DNA of 64,000 nucleotides from a virus. The translations under genes were made by a program, and so were the position numbers. Numbering within the stretch: position 1 is the stretch's first letter; every line of letters begins with the position of its first letter. Positions 27,459 to 38,267 of this stretch are shown in pieces. The notes under the pieces are model-generated. The model searched no databases. It worked only from the letters and a program-made list of their open reading frames with translations, and was not told the origin of the DNA. The stretch covers positions 106,062 through 170,061 of the IMG/VR virus record IMGVR_UViG_3300035182_000466; one strand, 5' to 3'.

Positions 27459-27956
27459 TTAATCCTCATGAGGTTTATAAATCTCAATAATTATTTCATC
27501 TGAAATAGGTGTAAGTACTTTGTTCATTAGTGAACTTACTTGCATCCAATCTAATCCTCCATTTGAACACCCTAATGCAGGAATAGCTATTGAAAGTTTA
27601 GTATGGTCTTTAACTGTTGTTAACCGACCATTCAACTCTCCTAGTTTGAATACTAAGTCAATTAGTCCTTGTTCAATATATTCAAGCTTAGAACTATTTC
27701 TCCATAGAACTTTGGTGGGGAAGTTAAAGATATATTTAGGATTATCTAGCAAGCTATAGGTCTTGTGTACACCTATTTTTCCTACTCGCACTTCATTATT
27801 TTTACAAGACACCTTATACTCTTTAAACATCTCCGGAAATCGTTTCTTAAATTCAAGAGCAATACCTTTACCCATTACACCTTCACAATTAACGGTATTA
27901 ACCCATATCATGCATCCACTATCAAATAGATTACCATCAATAAACTTAATGGCCAT
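27459..27956 (-). CDS. Macro domain protein (DarG/TARG1-like ADP-ribosyl hydrolase)
   Basis: GNLF, VNTVNCEGVMGKGIALEFK, FNFPTK..W, SIAIPALGCSNGGLDW. Confidence 0.9.
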   Translation of the reverse strand: MAIKFIDGNLFDSGCMIWVNTVNCEGVMGKGIALEFKKRFPEMFKEYKVSCKNNEVRVGKIGVHKTYSLLDNPKYIFNFPTKVLWRNSSKLEYIEQGLIDLVFKLGELNGRLTTVKDHTKLSIAIPALGCSNGGLDWMQVSSLMNKVLTPISDEIIIEIYKPHED

Positions 27957-28009
27957 AACTAGTATTCCTTAGGTGTAACGTTATCTAGTCTACCTTGTCC
28001 ATAGGTATC

Positions 28010-28164
28010 TGTATATTATTTGTAAGTATTCTCGGCCTATTTGCACACATCCTAAACAAGCGCAAGGACCCAACTCTCATCCACACCAGTGAGACTCCAT
28101 TTTTTTTTCAGGGATAGTTTCCATAAATTTCATCAATAAGAGCATCTGATTTTACATTACTCAT
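28010..28164 (-). pseudogene. Disrupted small Cys-rich gene (WCG*ELGPCACLGC)
   Basis: Frameshift near the 5' end and an in-frame TGA; 3' limit approximate. Confidence 0.4.
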
Positions 28165-28374
28165 AAAGCTCTCCAATTATGCAGCACTTCATCTACTCCA
28201 TATGGTATAAAAGTCTCATTCTGTCCGATGTATACTTCTTCACAATTCTCACATTGGTATGCTGACCCGTCATAAGATAGAAGTTTAGTAAAACCTATGT
28301 ATCCACATTCTGCACAACAGTAAGTACATCCATTTATCCAAACACTACCTTTTTCATTAGTGGAAATTAAACCT

Positions 28375-29022
28375 TTACTCATTGTTGCCCCCATTTAGTT
28401 TATTCAATACATTCTGTAGAGAATACTGCATAGAAGGCATCAAGGCATTCATGTTATTTAACTGATTTGCCATTCCATTCATATTAGCAATAAAATAAGA
28501 TACTAAGGCATGTTGAGCCATTTCAGGGAAGGCTCTAACTACTTCTTGCAGTGCAGTATTCTTTATTTCTTCCATTTGAGGATCTTCTTTTACAAAGGTA
28601 GAAACGTGAGTATTGAATACCTTTCGAGCTTCCTCTATTACTATCTGTACCATCATATCTCTAGTAGACGTAAAATTTTGTACCATATATTTTTGGAACT
28701 CAGCGCTAAACATTATTTCTTCATCTGTGGCGATTCCTTTTTCAATCTTACTTTTTAAGGTCCAGTCGAGATTAAAACTCTTAAACTTTTCAGGTACACT
28801 CGGACTCCAATAATCATTACCGCAGGGTTTTGTCCAAGTCTTTTTAATATCCATAATTTCTTGCTGAATCCAATTAGCTTTTTCAAAATCAATAGGATCA
28901 GCAAACCATTGTTTCATCATTGACATTGCAAGTTCTGATCTTTGTTCAGTAGTAAGATTTTTAAAAATATCTAGAACTGTATCGCCCATTTGTGATGCGT
29001 CTATGTTTAGTGTTACTTGCAT
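28375..29022 (-). CDS. Hypothetical protein
   Basis: 215-aa ORF with AGGAG RBS. Confidence 0.7.
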   Translation of the reverse strand: MQVTLNIDASQMGDTVLDIFKNLTTEQRSELAMSMMKQWFADPIDFEKANWIQQEIMDIKKTWTKPCGNDYWSPSVPEKFKSFNLDWTLKSKIEKGIATDEEIMFSAEFQKYMVQNFTSTRDMMVQIVIEEARKVFNTHVSTFVKEDPQMEEIKNTALQEVVRAFPEMAQHALVSYFIANMNGMANQLNNMNALMPSMQYSLQNVLNKLNGGNNE

Positions 29023-29266
29023 ATTGTTTCTCCTTTATTGTGTTTTTAGCTTCTTCATAAGTCATTGTAAACTGATAGTATGGTTTAATACCTGCGTCTA
29101 ATTTACCAATAATAATATCTAAAATGTTTTTTATTTTAGCTTTTTCTTCTTCAATATAAAATATTTCTAGTTCTTCCCGTGTACAATTTTCAATAATAAA
29201 AGAATTAGTATTTGAACTAAATACAGCGTATTTACCATTAGGCTGTTTAATTATCTGTCTTGACAT
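28961..29266 (-). CDS. Hypothetical phage protein
   Basis: MSRQIIKQPNGKYAVFSS N-terminus. Confidence 0.6.
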   Translation of the reverse strand: MSRQIIKQPNGKYAVFSSNTNSFIIENCTREELEIFYIEEEKAKIKNILDIIIGKLDAGIKPYYQFTMTYEEAKNTIKEKQYASNTKHRRITNGRYSSRYF

Positions 29267-29756
29267 TTTGAGTCCTTACAATCTCAAGATCAACATTAGT
29301 GCTTGAACAGGATAAGGTAACTACTCCAGAAGCACATTCAATACAGAATGATATAAGCACTTCCGTAATAGGCATAAAGGTAAGAATATCATAATGTTTA
29401 TCCAGTTTTCTATTATGTATTGATATGCCATTAGCTATTAAATATTTATGATCTAAGGGTGTTGTAAGATAGTCACCATAAAAGCATTTATTGAATGTAA
29501 TCTCATATTTTTTATTTTTTGCTTCTACTATAATGGTATAATCTACTGAATCCTTTATTTCACTTAGCTTGAGCTTTGTCTTTTTAAGTTCAGAGACAGT
29601 ATCCATAAATTCTTTACATGACTTTATGGTATGTTCAATATTAAGCCATTGTAAATTATGAGCTTGCTTCTTTTGTTTAGATTCAAGCCTCTTTACTTTG
29701 GCTTTAAAAGATTTAATAAGTTTATTAGACTCAGTAATTATTAGTTTAATTTTCAT
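29247..29756 (-). CDS. Hypothetical protein
   Basis: 169-aa ORF coupled to neighbours. Confidence 0.65.
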   Translation of the reverse strand: MKIKLIITESNKLIKSFKAKVKRLESKQKKQAHNLQWLNIEHTIKSCKEFMDTVSELKKTKLKLSEIKDSVDYTIIVEAKNKKYEITFNKCFYGDYLTTPLDHKYLIANGISIHNRKLDKHYDILTFMPITEVLISFCIECASGVVTLSCSSTNVDLEIVRTQNVKTDN

Positions 29757-30361
29757 CCTAGATCCTTATTTTCCTTTACTATAGAAAATTCTTTACCACA
29801 CTCAGGGCACGTAACTTGATAATATTTTATTAGTCCTTCTTCTCTACATATTCGCTTACCATCAGCTTGTTCCCATATTACTTCAATTCTTTCTTTAGGT
29901 TTCTTATTCATTTGACAAGCACAATATGGACTTTTTTCTGTAGCTTTATATTTTCTTTTCTTTGTCTGTTGTGTACCAAATATACCACCAAGGTCTTTTT
30001 CAAGTAAGTATATTGCTCTAAATCTATCCATTTCTTTTATCAATGGAGCATCATTATCTTTTCCTTTGTTGCATGTTCTACAAGCGAGTACCATATTTGA
30101 TTCCAAAGGGTTATTAAACATTTTTGGATAAAAATGATCCCTTGTCCAACCATCCAAATACTTTTTAGAGTAAGGTGCAGGAGACATAGGATTAAAACAA
30201 TAAAAACAGCAGCCATTTTGACGTACATACAATTCCCTTTCTGACAAAACGATATTTTTACCATTCAAAATATCCTCATGTCTTTTGTGTTGTCTTTTTA
30301 GTGTTTTATTTTTTGTTTTAGACATAAGTATAGGGATTCCATTTTTAAGTTCTTTACACAT
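29753..30361 (-). CDS. HNH endonuclease-domain protein
   Basis: CFYC...TRDHFYPK...NMVLACRTCNKGK plus a C-terminal CPEC ribbon. Confidence 0.8.
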   Translation of the reverse strand: MCKELKNGIPILMSKTKNKTLKRQHKRHEDILNGKNIVLSERELYVRQNGCCFYCFNPMSPAPYSKKYLDGWTRDHFYPKMFNNPLESNMVLACRTCNKGKDNDAPLIKEMDRFRAIYLLEKDLGGIFGTQQTKKRKYKATEKSPYCACQMNKKPKERIEVIWEQADGKRICREEGLIKYYQVTCPECGKEFSIVKENKDLG

Positions 30362-30390
30362 AACTTATTTAATCCTCCTTAACAAGAAAT

Positions 30391-30419
30391 AGGGTAGCCA
30401 GCACTTGGCTAACTACCCT
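30391..30419 (-). terminator. Hairpin terminator
   Basis: AGGGTAG...CTACCCT stem followed by ATTTCTTGTT on the - strand. Confidence 0.55.
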
Positions 30420-30426
30420 TTTATGA

Positions 30427-30981
30427 TTATTCAAATCTAAGTTTATGCTGAATAGCACCATAACCAAGTTCATCTCGTAAGTGATCTGGATTATCAGGAC
30501 TATACTTATCACGAATAAGCTTAACAGCTTTCATGGTCTTTAATACTTTCTCTGTAGACATACGTCCATCTGTCATCTCATCCTTAGTGAAGGTTAAATT
30601 ACACAACAAGGCAATTTCAGTAAAGGACTCTGCTATATCTCCATATTTAGCTTGACGACTTTCAACAATATCATTAGCTTCAAGAAGAACTGATTTAATA
30701 TTAGCTTTTGTTTCGTTACTAGATTTAGGCTGATACACAAAAAGTAAGATACTCTTAGTAGAAGCCTTAGGCATAGCAGAAAGTATAATGTGTTCTTTAC
30801 CTATACAATTTTTTGGGACAATTTCTCCATCACATAATACCATATAATTCTCTAAAGGTTCAGCCAAACACGTATAAGGAATAATAACTTTTTCTTTTAC
30901 TACTTTCAAGGATACTACACAAACCTCATAATTTACATCTACAATTTGTGCTCGCATGTTTAAGTCCTTTCTATATTTCAA
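30427..30981 (-). CDS. DUF6378-like domain protein
   Basis: LLEANDIVESRQAKYGD...F..IA...DHLRDELGYGA. Confidence 0.6.
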   Translation of the reverse strand: MKYRKDLNMRAQIVDVNYEVCVVSLKVVKEKVIIPYTCLAEPLENYMVLCDGEIVPKNCIGKEHIILSAMPKASTKSILLFVYQPKSSNETKANIKSVLLEANDIVESRQAKYGDIAESFTEIALLCNLTFTKDEMTDGRMSTEKVLKTMKAVKLIRDKYSPDNPDHLRDELGYGAIQHKLRFE

Positions 30982-31393
30982 AATATTCTGAAATCATTGC
31001 TAAAGTAATGCTACCAAAAATTGCATCTTTTGCTCTTACTTGTGGTGGTAGCTTTGAATACTCTAGCAAGTAAGGATGTGTCTTTAAATCCTCATCTTTA
31101 ACTTCACCATAACTCCATCCTTCTGACATTCTTTGTTTCATCCATTGATTATGATTTTCTTCATCTGAAATATTTGGATTACTAAGTCTTGCTATAACAC
31201 CTTGTCTCATTGAATTTAATACTTCTGGATTGGCATTTTCATACTCAGGAAAAGAAAAGTCACCGATAACATAACTATACTGCTTATTAGCGTAATAACA
31301 GACTTTTACTATCTGATCAATCAGACTATTTAAGAAATCAGAGTTTAAAGCTAAAGCTATTCCTTCTCTTTGTTGTTGTTGACTTTCACTCAT
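30971..31393 (-). CDS. RyR-domain protein
   Basis: HNQWM..RMSEGWSYGEVKDEDLKTHPYLLEYSKLP...KD; start placed at the ATG after AGGAG. Confidence 0.85.
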   Translation of the reverse strand: MSESQQQQREGIALALNSDFLNSLIDQIVKVCYYANKQYSYVIGDFSFPEYENANPEVLNSMRQGVIARLSNPNISDEENHNQWMKQRMSEGWSYGEVKDEDLKTHPYLLEYSKLPPQVRAKDAIFGSITLAMISEYFEI

Positions 31394-31434
31394 GTAAGTT
31401 CTCCTTTTTTTAATTATAACCCAAGCATCCACTG

Positions 31435-32169
31435 TTATTTTTGAGCTAGTGATAAATAATTAGTTATAACTTTAACAACATCTAAGTATACTTCCCGTAG
31501 CGGTTTGTTAGCATCTATGTGGACTAAATTCTTTACATAAAAATTGGGTCGTAATTGTGAATATTCTTTATTCACAGTTTTATGAAATTCTAGGGTTTCA
31601 TTATCTAGTCGTACTTGCTGATTATTTTGGTCTACATTTCTCTTAGTAGAACGACTTAAACCTGTTTCCGTGTCTACATCAAATACTAATACTAAACCTG
31701 GATGATATGCTACTTTATCCACCGAAATAGCTTTAGTATTTAGATCATCAAAATCACGCTCATTGACACATTTACGGGTACGGCATTGATAGATATAGGT
31801 ACTATGATAATACCTATCACATAGTACAAGTTTATTATCCTTCAAAGCAGGTATAACTGTATCTACTAAATGTTGCTGACGTGCTGCACAAAACAAAAAG
31901 AACTCAGTTACTCCATTCATTGTAATATTATCACGATGAAGAATAACATTCCTAATCTGTTCTGCTATTTGACAACCACCAGGTTCACGAGTCAGTATAG
32001 TACCTTTAGCATCTGTAAGGTATGCTTTTAAAAATTCATTTTCTTCCTTGCATGTTTCCCTATTATAGATATCTCTACACTCAATCTCTCTTATAAGTGC
32101 ATCTACTTTTTTAATAATAGTAGTCTTACCACTCCCTTCTCCACCTTCAAATGTAATAAAGTTTTTCAT
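31435..32169 (-). CDS. tmk: Thymidylate kinase
   Basis: FITFEGGEGSGKTT, TREPGG, LFCAAR, VLCDRY. Confidence 0.95.
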   Translation of the reverse strand: MKNFITFEGGEGSGKTTIIKKVDALIREIECRDIYNRETCKEENEFLKAYLTDAKGTILTREPGGCQIAEQIRNVILHRDNITMNGVTEFFLFCAARQQHLVDTVIPALKDNKLVLCDRYYHSTYIYQCRTRKCVNERDFDDLNTKAISVDKVAYHPGLVLVFDVDTETGLSRSTKRNVDQNNQQVRLDNETLEFHKTVNKEYSQLRPNFYVKNLVHIDANKPLREVYLDVVKVITNYLSLAQK

Positions 32170-32267
32170 TACAATCTATCCTCCACAAGTTTTCTTCCAA
32201 CATTATTAATTTCACAGGCTTTTACACTTGTTATGTCTAATTACTTGGCGTTCATAAATTTCTCCTT

Positions 32268-32684
32268 TTAGTAATGAGGCTTTACTGCATCTAGTAATCT
32301 CTTAACAACATCTTGCGAGGTATGTCCATCCCATTCAGGAGCATTTTCTAGTTCTTTAATACCTGCAACTTTTAGATACTCGATATACATATTTTTAAAA
32401 TGGTATGTAATCATTCCAGTAGGTAATTGAATACCTGCAATAACATAACCTTCAAACATTGTTCCATCATAATGTAAACGACTCCACCAGCTAATTTTAG
32501 TATTACAACTCATTAATGCTATAAAGAGTGCAATACGGTGTTTGTACAATTCATCAATGGTATGGTATCCATCACTAATTTGCTGAATATCATGGATAAG
32601 AAGTTCACCACAATTCTGACAATATACTTGATCTTGATAAATATCTACTTTAAACACTTGCTTTTTCTCCACTAGCTTGTTCAT
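32268..32684 (-). CDS. Conserved phage protein (WDGH motif)
   Basis: SDGYHTIDELYKHR...ITYH...APEWDGHT. Confidence 0.7.
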   Translation of the reverse strand: MNKLVEKKQVFKVDIYQDQVYCQNCGELLIHDIQQISDGYHTIDELYKHRIALFIALMSCNTKISWWSRLHYDGTMFEGYVIAGIQLPTGMITYHFKNMYIEYLKVAGIKELENAPEWDGHTSQDVVKRLLDAVKPHY

Positions 32685-33045
32685 CTTTTTCTAATATTAG
32701 TTTATATCCCTGAGATTGTGCCCATAAACTGAATCCAGTAAAAATAACACTTCTAATAAAGTCCTTATTATCCTGTAGATTAAAAGGAGGACTATCATAG
32801 ACTAAACTATCTACATTCCCATCATGGTCTTGAAAAGTTATACTAAATTTACAAGAAGTCAAATCCTGTCGTTTATGGTATTCTTTAGTAATAAGAAACA
32901 AATTTTTCTTATTGCGCTTATTTAATAAACGATATAGTTTCCTGCACGTATTAATTAAGCTCATAATTATTAGTTCTATAGTTCTACTTTTATTTATATT
33001 TGGTAAGTCTTCTTCTATCTGATCTAGTTCTTTAACTTTATACAT
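32650..33045 (-). CDS. Hypothetical protein
   Basis: 131-aa ORF in operon. Confidence 0.6.
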   Translation of the reverse strand: MYKVKELDQIEEDLPNINKSRTIELIIMSLINTCRKLYRLLNKRNKKNLFLITKEYHKRQDLTSCKFSITFQDHDGNVDSLVYDSPPFNLQDNKDFIRSVIFTGFSLWAQSQGYKLILEKDEQASGEKASV

Positions 33046-33287
33046 TAAGGTTTACCCTTCCTTGAAAAGTGTTCACATCCTATACTATGCTCTCCTGTAA
33101 GCATACACTCGCCTTTGTTATCTTTATCTGCTATACAAACATAAATCCCAGTATGTTTACTAATACTTTGTTTATTAAACCACGGATGTCCCATTAATCT
33201 TTTTCTATTGATGCATACACAACAACATTGGTGTGCTTTAGATTCAAGATAACATTTATTATGTGGTAGATACTCTAACCTAAGCAT
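33045..33287 (-). CDS. Small Cys-rich protein
   Basis: QCCCVC...GCEHF. Confidence 0.6.
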   Translation of the reverse strand: MLRLEYLPHNKCYLESKAHQCCCVCINRKRLMGHPWFNKQSISKHTGIYVCIADKDNKGECMLTGEHSIGCEHFSRKGKP

Positions 33288-33296
33288 ACATACTCC

Positions 33297-34292
33297 CTAT
33301 TTATATTTTCCTGATTTAACTGCAAGATAAGTATCTTCAACAAAGCCATTCCATATATCTTTATTTGGCTCTTCTGGAAGTCCACTATTATCTTTTAATT
33401 CTAGTACTTCTTGAATCAACTCTTCTAGTTTTGTTTCAAGTTCAGAATAATCTAATATACCTAATTTAATTTGAATTAGCTCTTGTGCTTCTTTTAATGG
33501 AAATGTAATAGTGCCTTTAGTAAATAGCTCTCGTACTTGGTAGGCTGCTCTAAAGGCATGACTGATTGCTTTCCAATCAATATTAGCGTTATCCTTTGCC
33601 TGTCTGGCTCTTACTCCATATTCTGAATCATATTTAACCAGTGGTGCTAGTATAAAATTAAGCGGCGTAGTAACAGTAAATGTTTTTTCACATATTTTTA
33701 CACTTGGAATTATTTGTAGATCAGGATGTGCAGTGCTAGAGTCTGGTGCTTCCAACCATTTAATATAATCTCCTTTAGGAAAGGTATCTAAATCAGCATC
33801 CCTTAATTTAGTACGTGGACCATATTTTGATATTTGCTGCTCCATCCACTGTATTACTTCTTGAACATTAGCTAGTCTACTTCCTTTTAGGCCATACTTT
33901 GCTGCTTGCCTACGAGCATACCCAATAAAGGAATGAAGATTTTTAGAATAAAAGGATGAACGATTGCTATAGATATAATACCAAAGTAGATGATGTAACA
34001 TCCAAAATTCTTTTGGTGCATGTAGCATGTCTAAGGCTACCGTTTGACCTTCTAACGCAAGTTCAATAAAGTATTTTAAACTATAGATTTCAGTATCAAC
34101 ATCTTCACTAGTATTTTTATTATTATTTTTACCAGTTGAATGTCGATAGATTATCTTCATCTTTTTTCCTGTTTTTTCCTCATGTAATATCTGGTCAATA
34201 GTGGGAAGTCCAATACCTTTAAGATCAAGATCACTTTTATCTGTATTAGTACCGTATAAATGTGATCCAAATATTGTTTTAAAGATTTCCAT
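33297..34292 (-). CDS. Pol-beta-superfamily nucleotidyltransferase (T4 NrdC.11-like)
   Basis: FGSHLYGTNTDKSDLDLKG, GYARRQAAKY, DWKAISHAFR. Confidence 0.85.
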   Translation of the reverse strand: MEIFKTIFGSHLYGTNTDKSDLDLKGIGLPTIDQILHEEKTGKKMKIIYRHSTGKNNNKNTSEDVDTEIYSLKYFIELALEGQTVALDMLHAPKEFWMLHHLLWYYIYSNRSSFYSKNLHSFIGYARRQAAKYGLKGSRLANVQEVIQWMEQQISKYGPRTKLRDADLDTFPKGDYIKWLEAPDSSTAHPDLQIIPSVKICEKTFTVTTPLNFILAPLVKYDSEYGVRARQAKDNANIDWKAISHAFRAAYQVRELFTKGTITFPLKEAQELIQIKLGILDYSELETKLEELIQEVLELKDNSGLPEEPNKDIWNGFVEDTYLAVKSGKYK

Positions 34293-34812
34293 ATTCGCTA
34301 TATATCCCTTCTTGCTTACGACTAATCATTTCCATTAGATCATCAAAAAGAATCGGCATGTACTCATGAAACTCACAGTTGATATTAAAGTAATTAACAT
34401 CATGGATAAACAGCAAAGGTTCATTCCTATGAATATGACCATGTATATTTACATGATCTAAGTATCTATGTTTTAGTTGAGAAGGATGTATAGGTATATG
34501 AGTAAGAACCAACTTGTTAGCATAAGTAAGAAGACTGGAAATTTTATTAAAAAAGTTTTGATACCTGGATACAGAAGTATGTTCATGATTACCTAAAACT
34601 AAATGTTTTATACCATTTAATTCAGACAAAATATTAAGATTATTTGTTTGAAAACAAACGTCTCCAGTAATTATTACTTTATCTTTATCTCGTACTCTTG
34701 AGTTCCAGTTATCTATAATAAATTCATCATGCTCATCTAAAGATGAAAATCCTCTCCACTCTGCACAATTTTTGTGTTGTAAATGAAGATCAGAAATAAA
34801 AAATGTACGCAT
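34279..34812 (-). CDS. Calcineurin-like metallophosphoesterase
   Basis: SDLH, GD, GNHE, THIP, HGHIH. Confidence 0.9.
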   Translation of the reverse strand: MRTFFISDLHLQHKNCAEWRGFSSLDEHDEFIIDNWNSRVRDKDKVIITGDVCFQTNNLNILSELNGIKHLVLGNHEHTSVSRYQNFFNKISSLLTYANKLVLTHIPIHPSQLKHRYLDHVNIHGHIHRNEPLLFIHDVNYFNINCEFHEYMPILFDDLMEMISRKQEGIYSEYGNL

Positions 34813-34829
34813 ATATTCCTCTTGAAATT

Positions 34830-34855
34830 AAGAGAGGTGTATATACACCTCTCTT
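34830..34855. terminator. Perfect 26-bp palindrome downstream of nrdJ (probable terminator)
   Basis: AAGAGAGGTGTAT|ATACACCTCTCTT. Confidence 0.6.
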
Positions 34856-34866
34856 CTTAATTACTA

Positions 34867-37800
34867 TCAGGCACATTCAGAATATCCACATACGTGGCAT
34901 ATATTACATCCACCTTCATGCTCTACAATTCCACCGCACTCAGGACAGGCACCACGTTCAATAGTAGCTTTGTGAACTTTGTCAATATGTCCTACCTCAA
35001 GTAGATGCAGTTGAATAGCCTTAGCAACTGCATCGGAACAGGATAGAATACGATTATCGCCAAATCCACTAGGGATGTGACAAGATATACCAAGTAATTG
35101 TTTAACTACTTGTTTGGCTTGCACACCTGTTCGCCAGTTAAGACTAATCATGCGTCCCAAGGCTTCAGCTTGAGAAGCTGCACATCCTCCAGCCTTACCC
35201 ATAGTAGTAAACAGTTCAAAAAGCCCATCTTTATCTTCATTTATTGTAACATAAAGTGGACCGCAGCCTGTTTGCATTTGGTAAGTAGCACCTTTTAGAG
35301 CTTTAGGCCGTTCTTTTACTCCGCTATCTACTTTTTCTTCTGGTGTATTTTCTACTTTAGTTATAGTAGATAATACTTGTTCATCTCTTGATCCATCACG
35401 ATAAATCGTAACTCCTTTACAGCCTGTTTTATACGCCAGCATGTATACTTCTTCTACATCTTTAATAGTGGCACTATTACAGAAGTTTACTGTTTTAGAA
35501 ACAGCATTATCAGTGTACATCTGAAAAGCTGCTTGCATACGCACATGATACTCAGGGCTAATATCATGAGATGTTACAAATACTTTACGAACATCTTCTG
35601 GAATTTCAAGAATGTTCTGAATAGTACCATGTTCTGCAATTTTTTCCATTAGCTGTGGTGAATAGAATCCACGTGACTTAGCTATATATTCAAACATAGG
35701 ATTTACTTCAATTAGACGGGTTCCATCCATTACTGTTTTTACATAAGATACTGCAAATAATGGCTCAATACCTGATGATGCATTTGCTATCATGGATATT
35801 GTTCCAGTGGGAGCAATAGTTGTAACAGTAGCATTTCTCATGTTCTTGTCAAAGATAGAACCTTTAATGTTAGGGAATGATCCACGTATTTTTGCTAGTT
35901 CTAATGATTTTAAAATAGCGTGATCTTGAATAAACCGCATCACATCTTTTGCGAGATTTATAGCTTCTTCAGAGTTGTATGGGATACCTAACAAGATAAG
36001 CATGTCTGCCCATCCCATTACACCTAAGCCAATTTTTCTATTTGCTTTAGTCATTTCATCAATTTGCTTTAAAGGATACTTATTTACTTCAATAACGTTA
36101 TCTAAAAATTCTACAGATAAATTTACTATTTCTTTTAATCCTTCATAATCAATAGTAGAATTTACTACAAATTTGGATAGATTAATAGAACCTAAGTTAC
36201 AACTTTCATAAGGTAGCAACGGCTGCTCACCGCACTGTCCAGTCATAATGCCATTAAAGATACCTGTATGCTTTTTAGGCTCAGTAAAGCAATAAACTGT
36301 ATTTTCTTTTTTATTTCTTTTTATAATGCTTGTAATAGTTATAAACCTAGAGGCATCCCTATTAGGCTCTTTATCTTCAATTTTGACCCGATTAAGCTTG
36401 AGTCCCAAATCTAACAATTTAAAAGTATTAAACTTGTTAATAGCAAGTCTATAACAATCTTGTACGTTATATTTTTTAGGCTCTCCATTAGTATCTGGTA
36501 GATAAGAAATACCTGCTTCTTTTCCAAGACTTAGCGTTGAGAAACAACCTAAAGTAGAAAGCATCAACTTTACGTCAGACAAAAATGCCCTATCTACTGA
36601 CCAAATAGTAAGCCCATTCTCATTCTGATAGGAGCCATCACTATCAACTAACCCAGCAAACCAACTAAGACGAGTATCAACTGTATATTTACTTGATGGA
36701 ACCCAACATTTATCTCGTACAGAGAATGCCGTTTCTACCATAAGTCTATTCTGGCGGTCATTACTACAGTCGATACATTTTTTTATTAGAAGCTTGTCTT
36801 TAAGTTTAATCTTGTCTTCATATAACCAAATATCATTATGACCTTTACTTCCATCTCCACTATAAAAACCTTGAGTATAGGCTTTCTTAGATTTTATTTG
36901 CTTAATACCCTTAATGATGGGAAAACTCCACTTTTGAAGTTTTGCACCTTCTTCTAATTCTTGAGCTTCACGTTTAGACCCATCAGCTAATACAAATTTA
37001 TGCTTTGGGGTACAAGATAAACAGGAGCCATCTGAAAATTGAATTTTAAGAATATTTTGGTTATATCCTGTAATCTCAGGTATAGTCGTAGACCATTCTT
37101 CTCCATTCCAGATCTTTGTTTTCTTGCCTACTCTGGAAGCAATTTTCTTATAGCCCTTCTTGGTAAGAATAAGAGTGTCACCTGTAACACATGGATTTGT
37201 AGACTCAATCTCACCAATATGTGGAGTAGGATTATCTTTATTTATTCTATCTAAAAATACTATTCCAGGTTCACCGTTTCTCCATGCTTGTTTCACAATA
37301 AGGTCAAATACTTCTTTTGCATTGAGTACTCCTACTTCTTTTTTATCTCTCGGATTATATAGTTTATACGTTTTATTAGTCTCTACAGCTTCCATAAATT
37401 TTTCTGTTATCCCAATAGAGATATTAAAGTTATTTAAAACCTTCATATCATCTTTACATTTAATGAAACTCATAATATCGGGATGATCTACTCTAAGTAT
37501 ACCCATATTAGCACCACGTCTTGTGCCACCCTGTTTGATACATTCAGTAGCCTTATCAAAAACACTCATAAAAGATATAGGCCCACTCGACACACCACTT
37601 GTAGTTTTTACTAAGTCATTAGCTGGGCGTAGACGAGAAAATGAAAATCCTGTCCCTCCTCCACTCTTATGGATCATAGCCGTATGTTTAATAGTTTCAA
37701 ATATCTCTTCAATAGAATCACCTACAGGTAGAACAAAGCAAGCGCTTAACTGGCCCAATTCACGCCCTGCATTCATTAATGTCGGGCTATTAGGCAAAAA

Positions 37801-37995
37801 TTTTAAAGAAGTCATCATATTATAAAATGCATTTGTTTTCGCCGTAATTTCTTTTTTAGGACTAACACTAGCAATTGTTGAAGCTACTCTACTAAACATA
37901 TCTTCAGGTTTTTCAATTACTTTACCTGTCGCATCTTTAATAAGATAGCGTTTCTCAAGTACAGTCCTAGCATTTTGTGTAAGTTCCAGTTTCAT
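34867..37995 (-). CDS. nrdJ: Class II (B12-dependent) ribonucleotide reductase, intein-containing, with C-terminal TSCPD/Zn-ribbon
   Basis: [28 protein letters not shown][intein][43 protein letters not shown]...CHVCGYSEC. Confidence 0.93.
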   Translation of the reverse strand: MKLELTQNARTVLEKRYLIKDATGKVIEKPEDMFSRVASTIASVSPKKEITAKTNAFYNMMTSLKFLPNSPTLMNAGRELGQLSACFVLPVGDSIEEIFETIKHTAMIHKSGGGTGFSFSRLRPANDLVKTTSGVSSGPISFMSVFDKATECIKQGGTRRGANMGILRVDHPDIMSFIKCKDDMKVLNNFNISIGITEKFMEAVETNKTYKLYNPRDKKEVGVLNAKEVFDLIVKQAWRNGEPGIVFLDRINKDNPTPHIGEIESTNPCVTGDTLILTKKGYKKIASRVGKKTKIWNGEEWSTTIPEITGYNQNILKIQFSDGSCLSCTPKHKFVLADGSKREAQELEEGAKLQKWSFPIIKGIKQIKSKKAYTQGFYSGDGSKGHNDIWLYEDKIKLKDKLLIKKCIDCSNDRQNRLMVETAFSVRDKCWVPSSKYTVDTRLSWFAGLVDSDGSYQNENGLTIWSVDRAFLSDVKLMLSTLGCFSTLSLGKEAGISYLPDTNGEPKKYNVQDCYRLAINKFNTFKLLDLGLKLNRVKIEDKEPNRDASRFITITSIIKRNKKENTVYCFTEPKKHTGIFNGIMTGQCGEQPLLPYESCNLGSINLSKFVVNSTIDYEGLKEIVNLSVEFLDNVIEVNKYPLKQIDEMTKANRKIGLGVMGWADMLILLGIPYNSEEAINLAKDVMRFIQDHAILKSLELAKIRGSFPNIKGSIFDKNMRNATVTTIAPTGTISMIANASSGIEPLFAVSYVKTVMDGTRLIEVNPMFEYIAKSRGFYSPQLMEKIAEHGTIQNILEIPEDVRKVFVTSHDISPEYHVRMQAAFQMYTDNAVSKTVNFCNSATIKDVEEVYMLAYKTGCKGVTIYRDGSRDEQVLSTITKVENTPEEKVDSGVKERPKALKGATYQMQTGCGPLYVTINEDKDGLFELFTTMGKAGGCAASQAEALGRMISLNWRTGVQAKQVVKQLLGISCHIPSGFGDNRILSCSDAVAKAIQLHLLEVGHIDKVHKATIERGACPECGGIVEHEGGCNICHVCGYSECA
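36235..37191 (-). mobile_element. Intein (319 aa) with LAGLIDADG homing endonuclease, inserted at the catalytic Cys of NrdJ
   Basis: STNP|CVTGDT...CTPKHKF...GFYSGDG...FAGLVDSDG...[21 protein letters not shown]|CGEQ. Confidence 0.92.
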
Positions 37996-38030
37996 TTACA
38001 TCTCCCTTTGGTAGTAGTGTTAGAAGCTTT

Positions 38031-38267
38031 TTACTTCAAGTAAGTTTTTACATGTTCTTTTTGTTTTCCAACATTTTTAATATCTCTATGAGTTAATCCT
38101 GCTTTAGCTAAAGCAAAACGTATATCAGTTCCACAGTCAATAAGTAAATTAAACTCAGGACGTACTTCATCCAGAAGAAGCATATTAGTCTGGTAGCCTT
38201 TCATGGTAAAAGCACTACCCGTTCCTAAAAACTTAATATACTTTGTATTAAAGTTATCTGCTTTCAT
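38031..38267 (-). pseudogene. Truncated metallo-beta-lactamase-fold (RNase Z-like) gene
   Basis: IKFLGTGSAF...LLIDCGTD...DIKNV, then ends before the HxHxDH motif. Confidence 0.7.

Noticed and set aside
28040-28125. In-frame TGA among Cys codons (WCG*ELGPCACLGC) as possible selenocysteine
   Set aside because: The same gene also has a frameshift and no SECIS-like hairpin was evident; decay is the simpler explanation.
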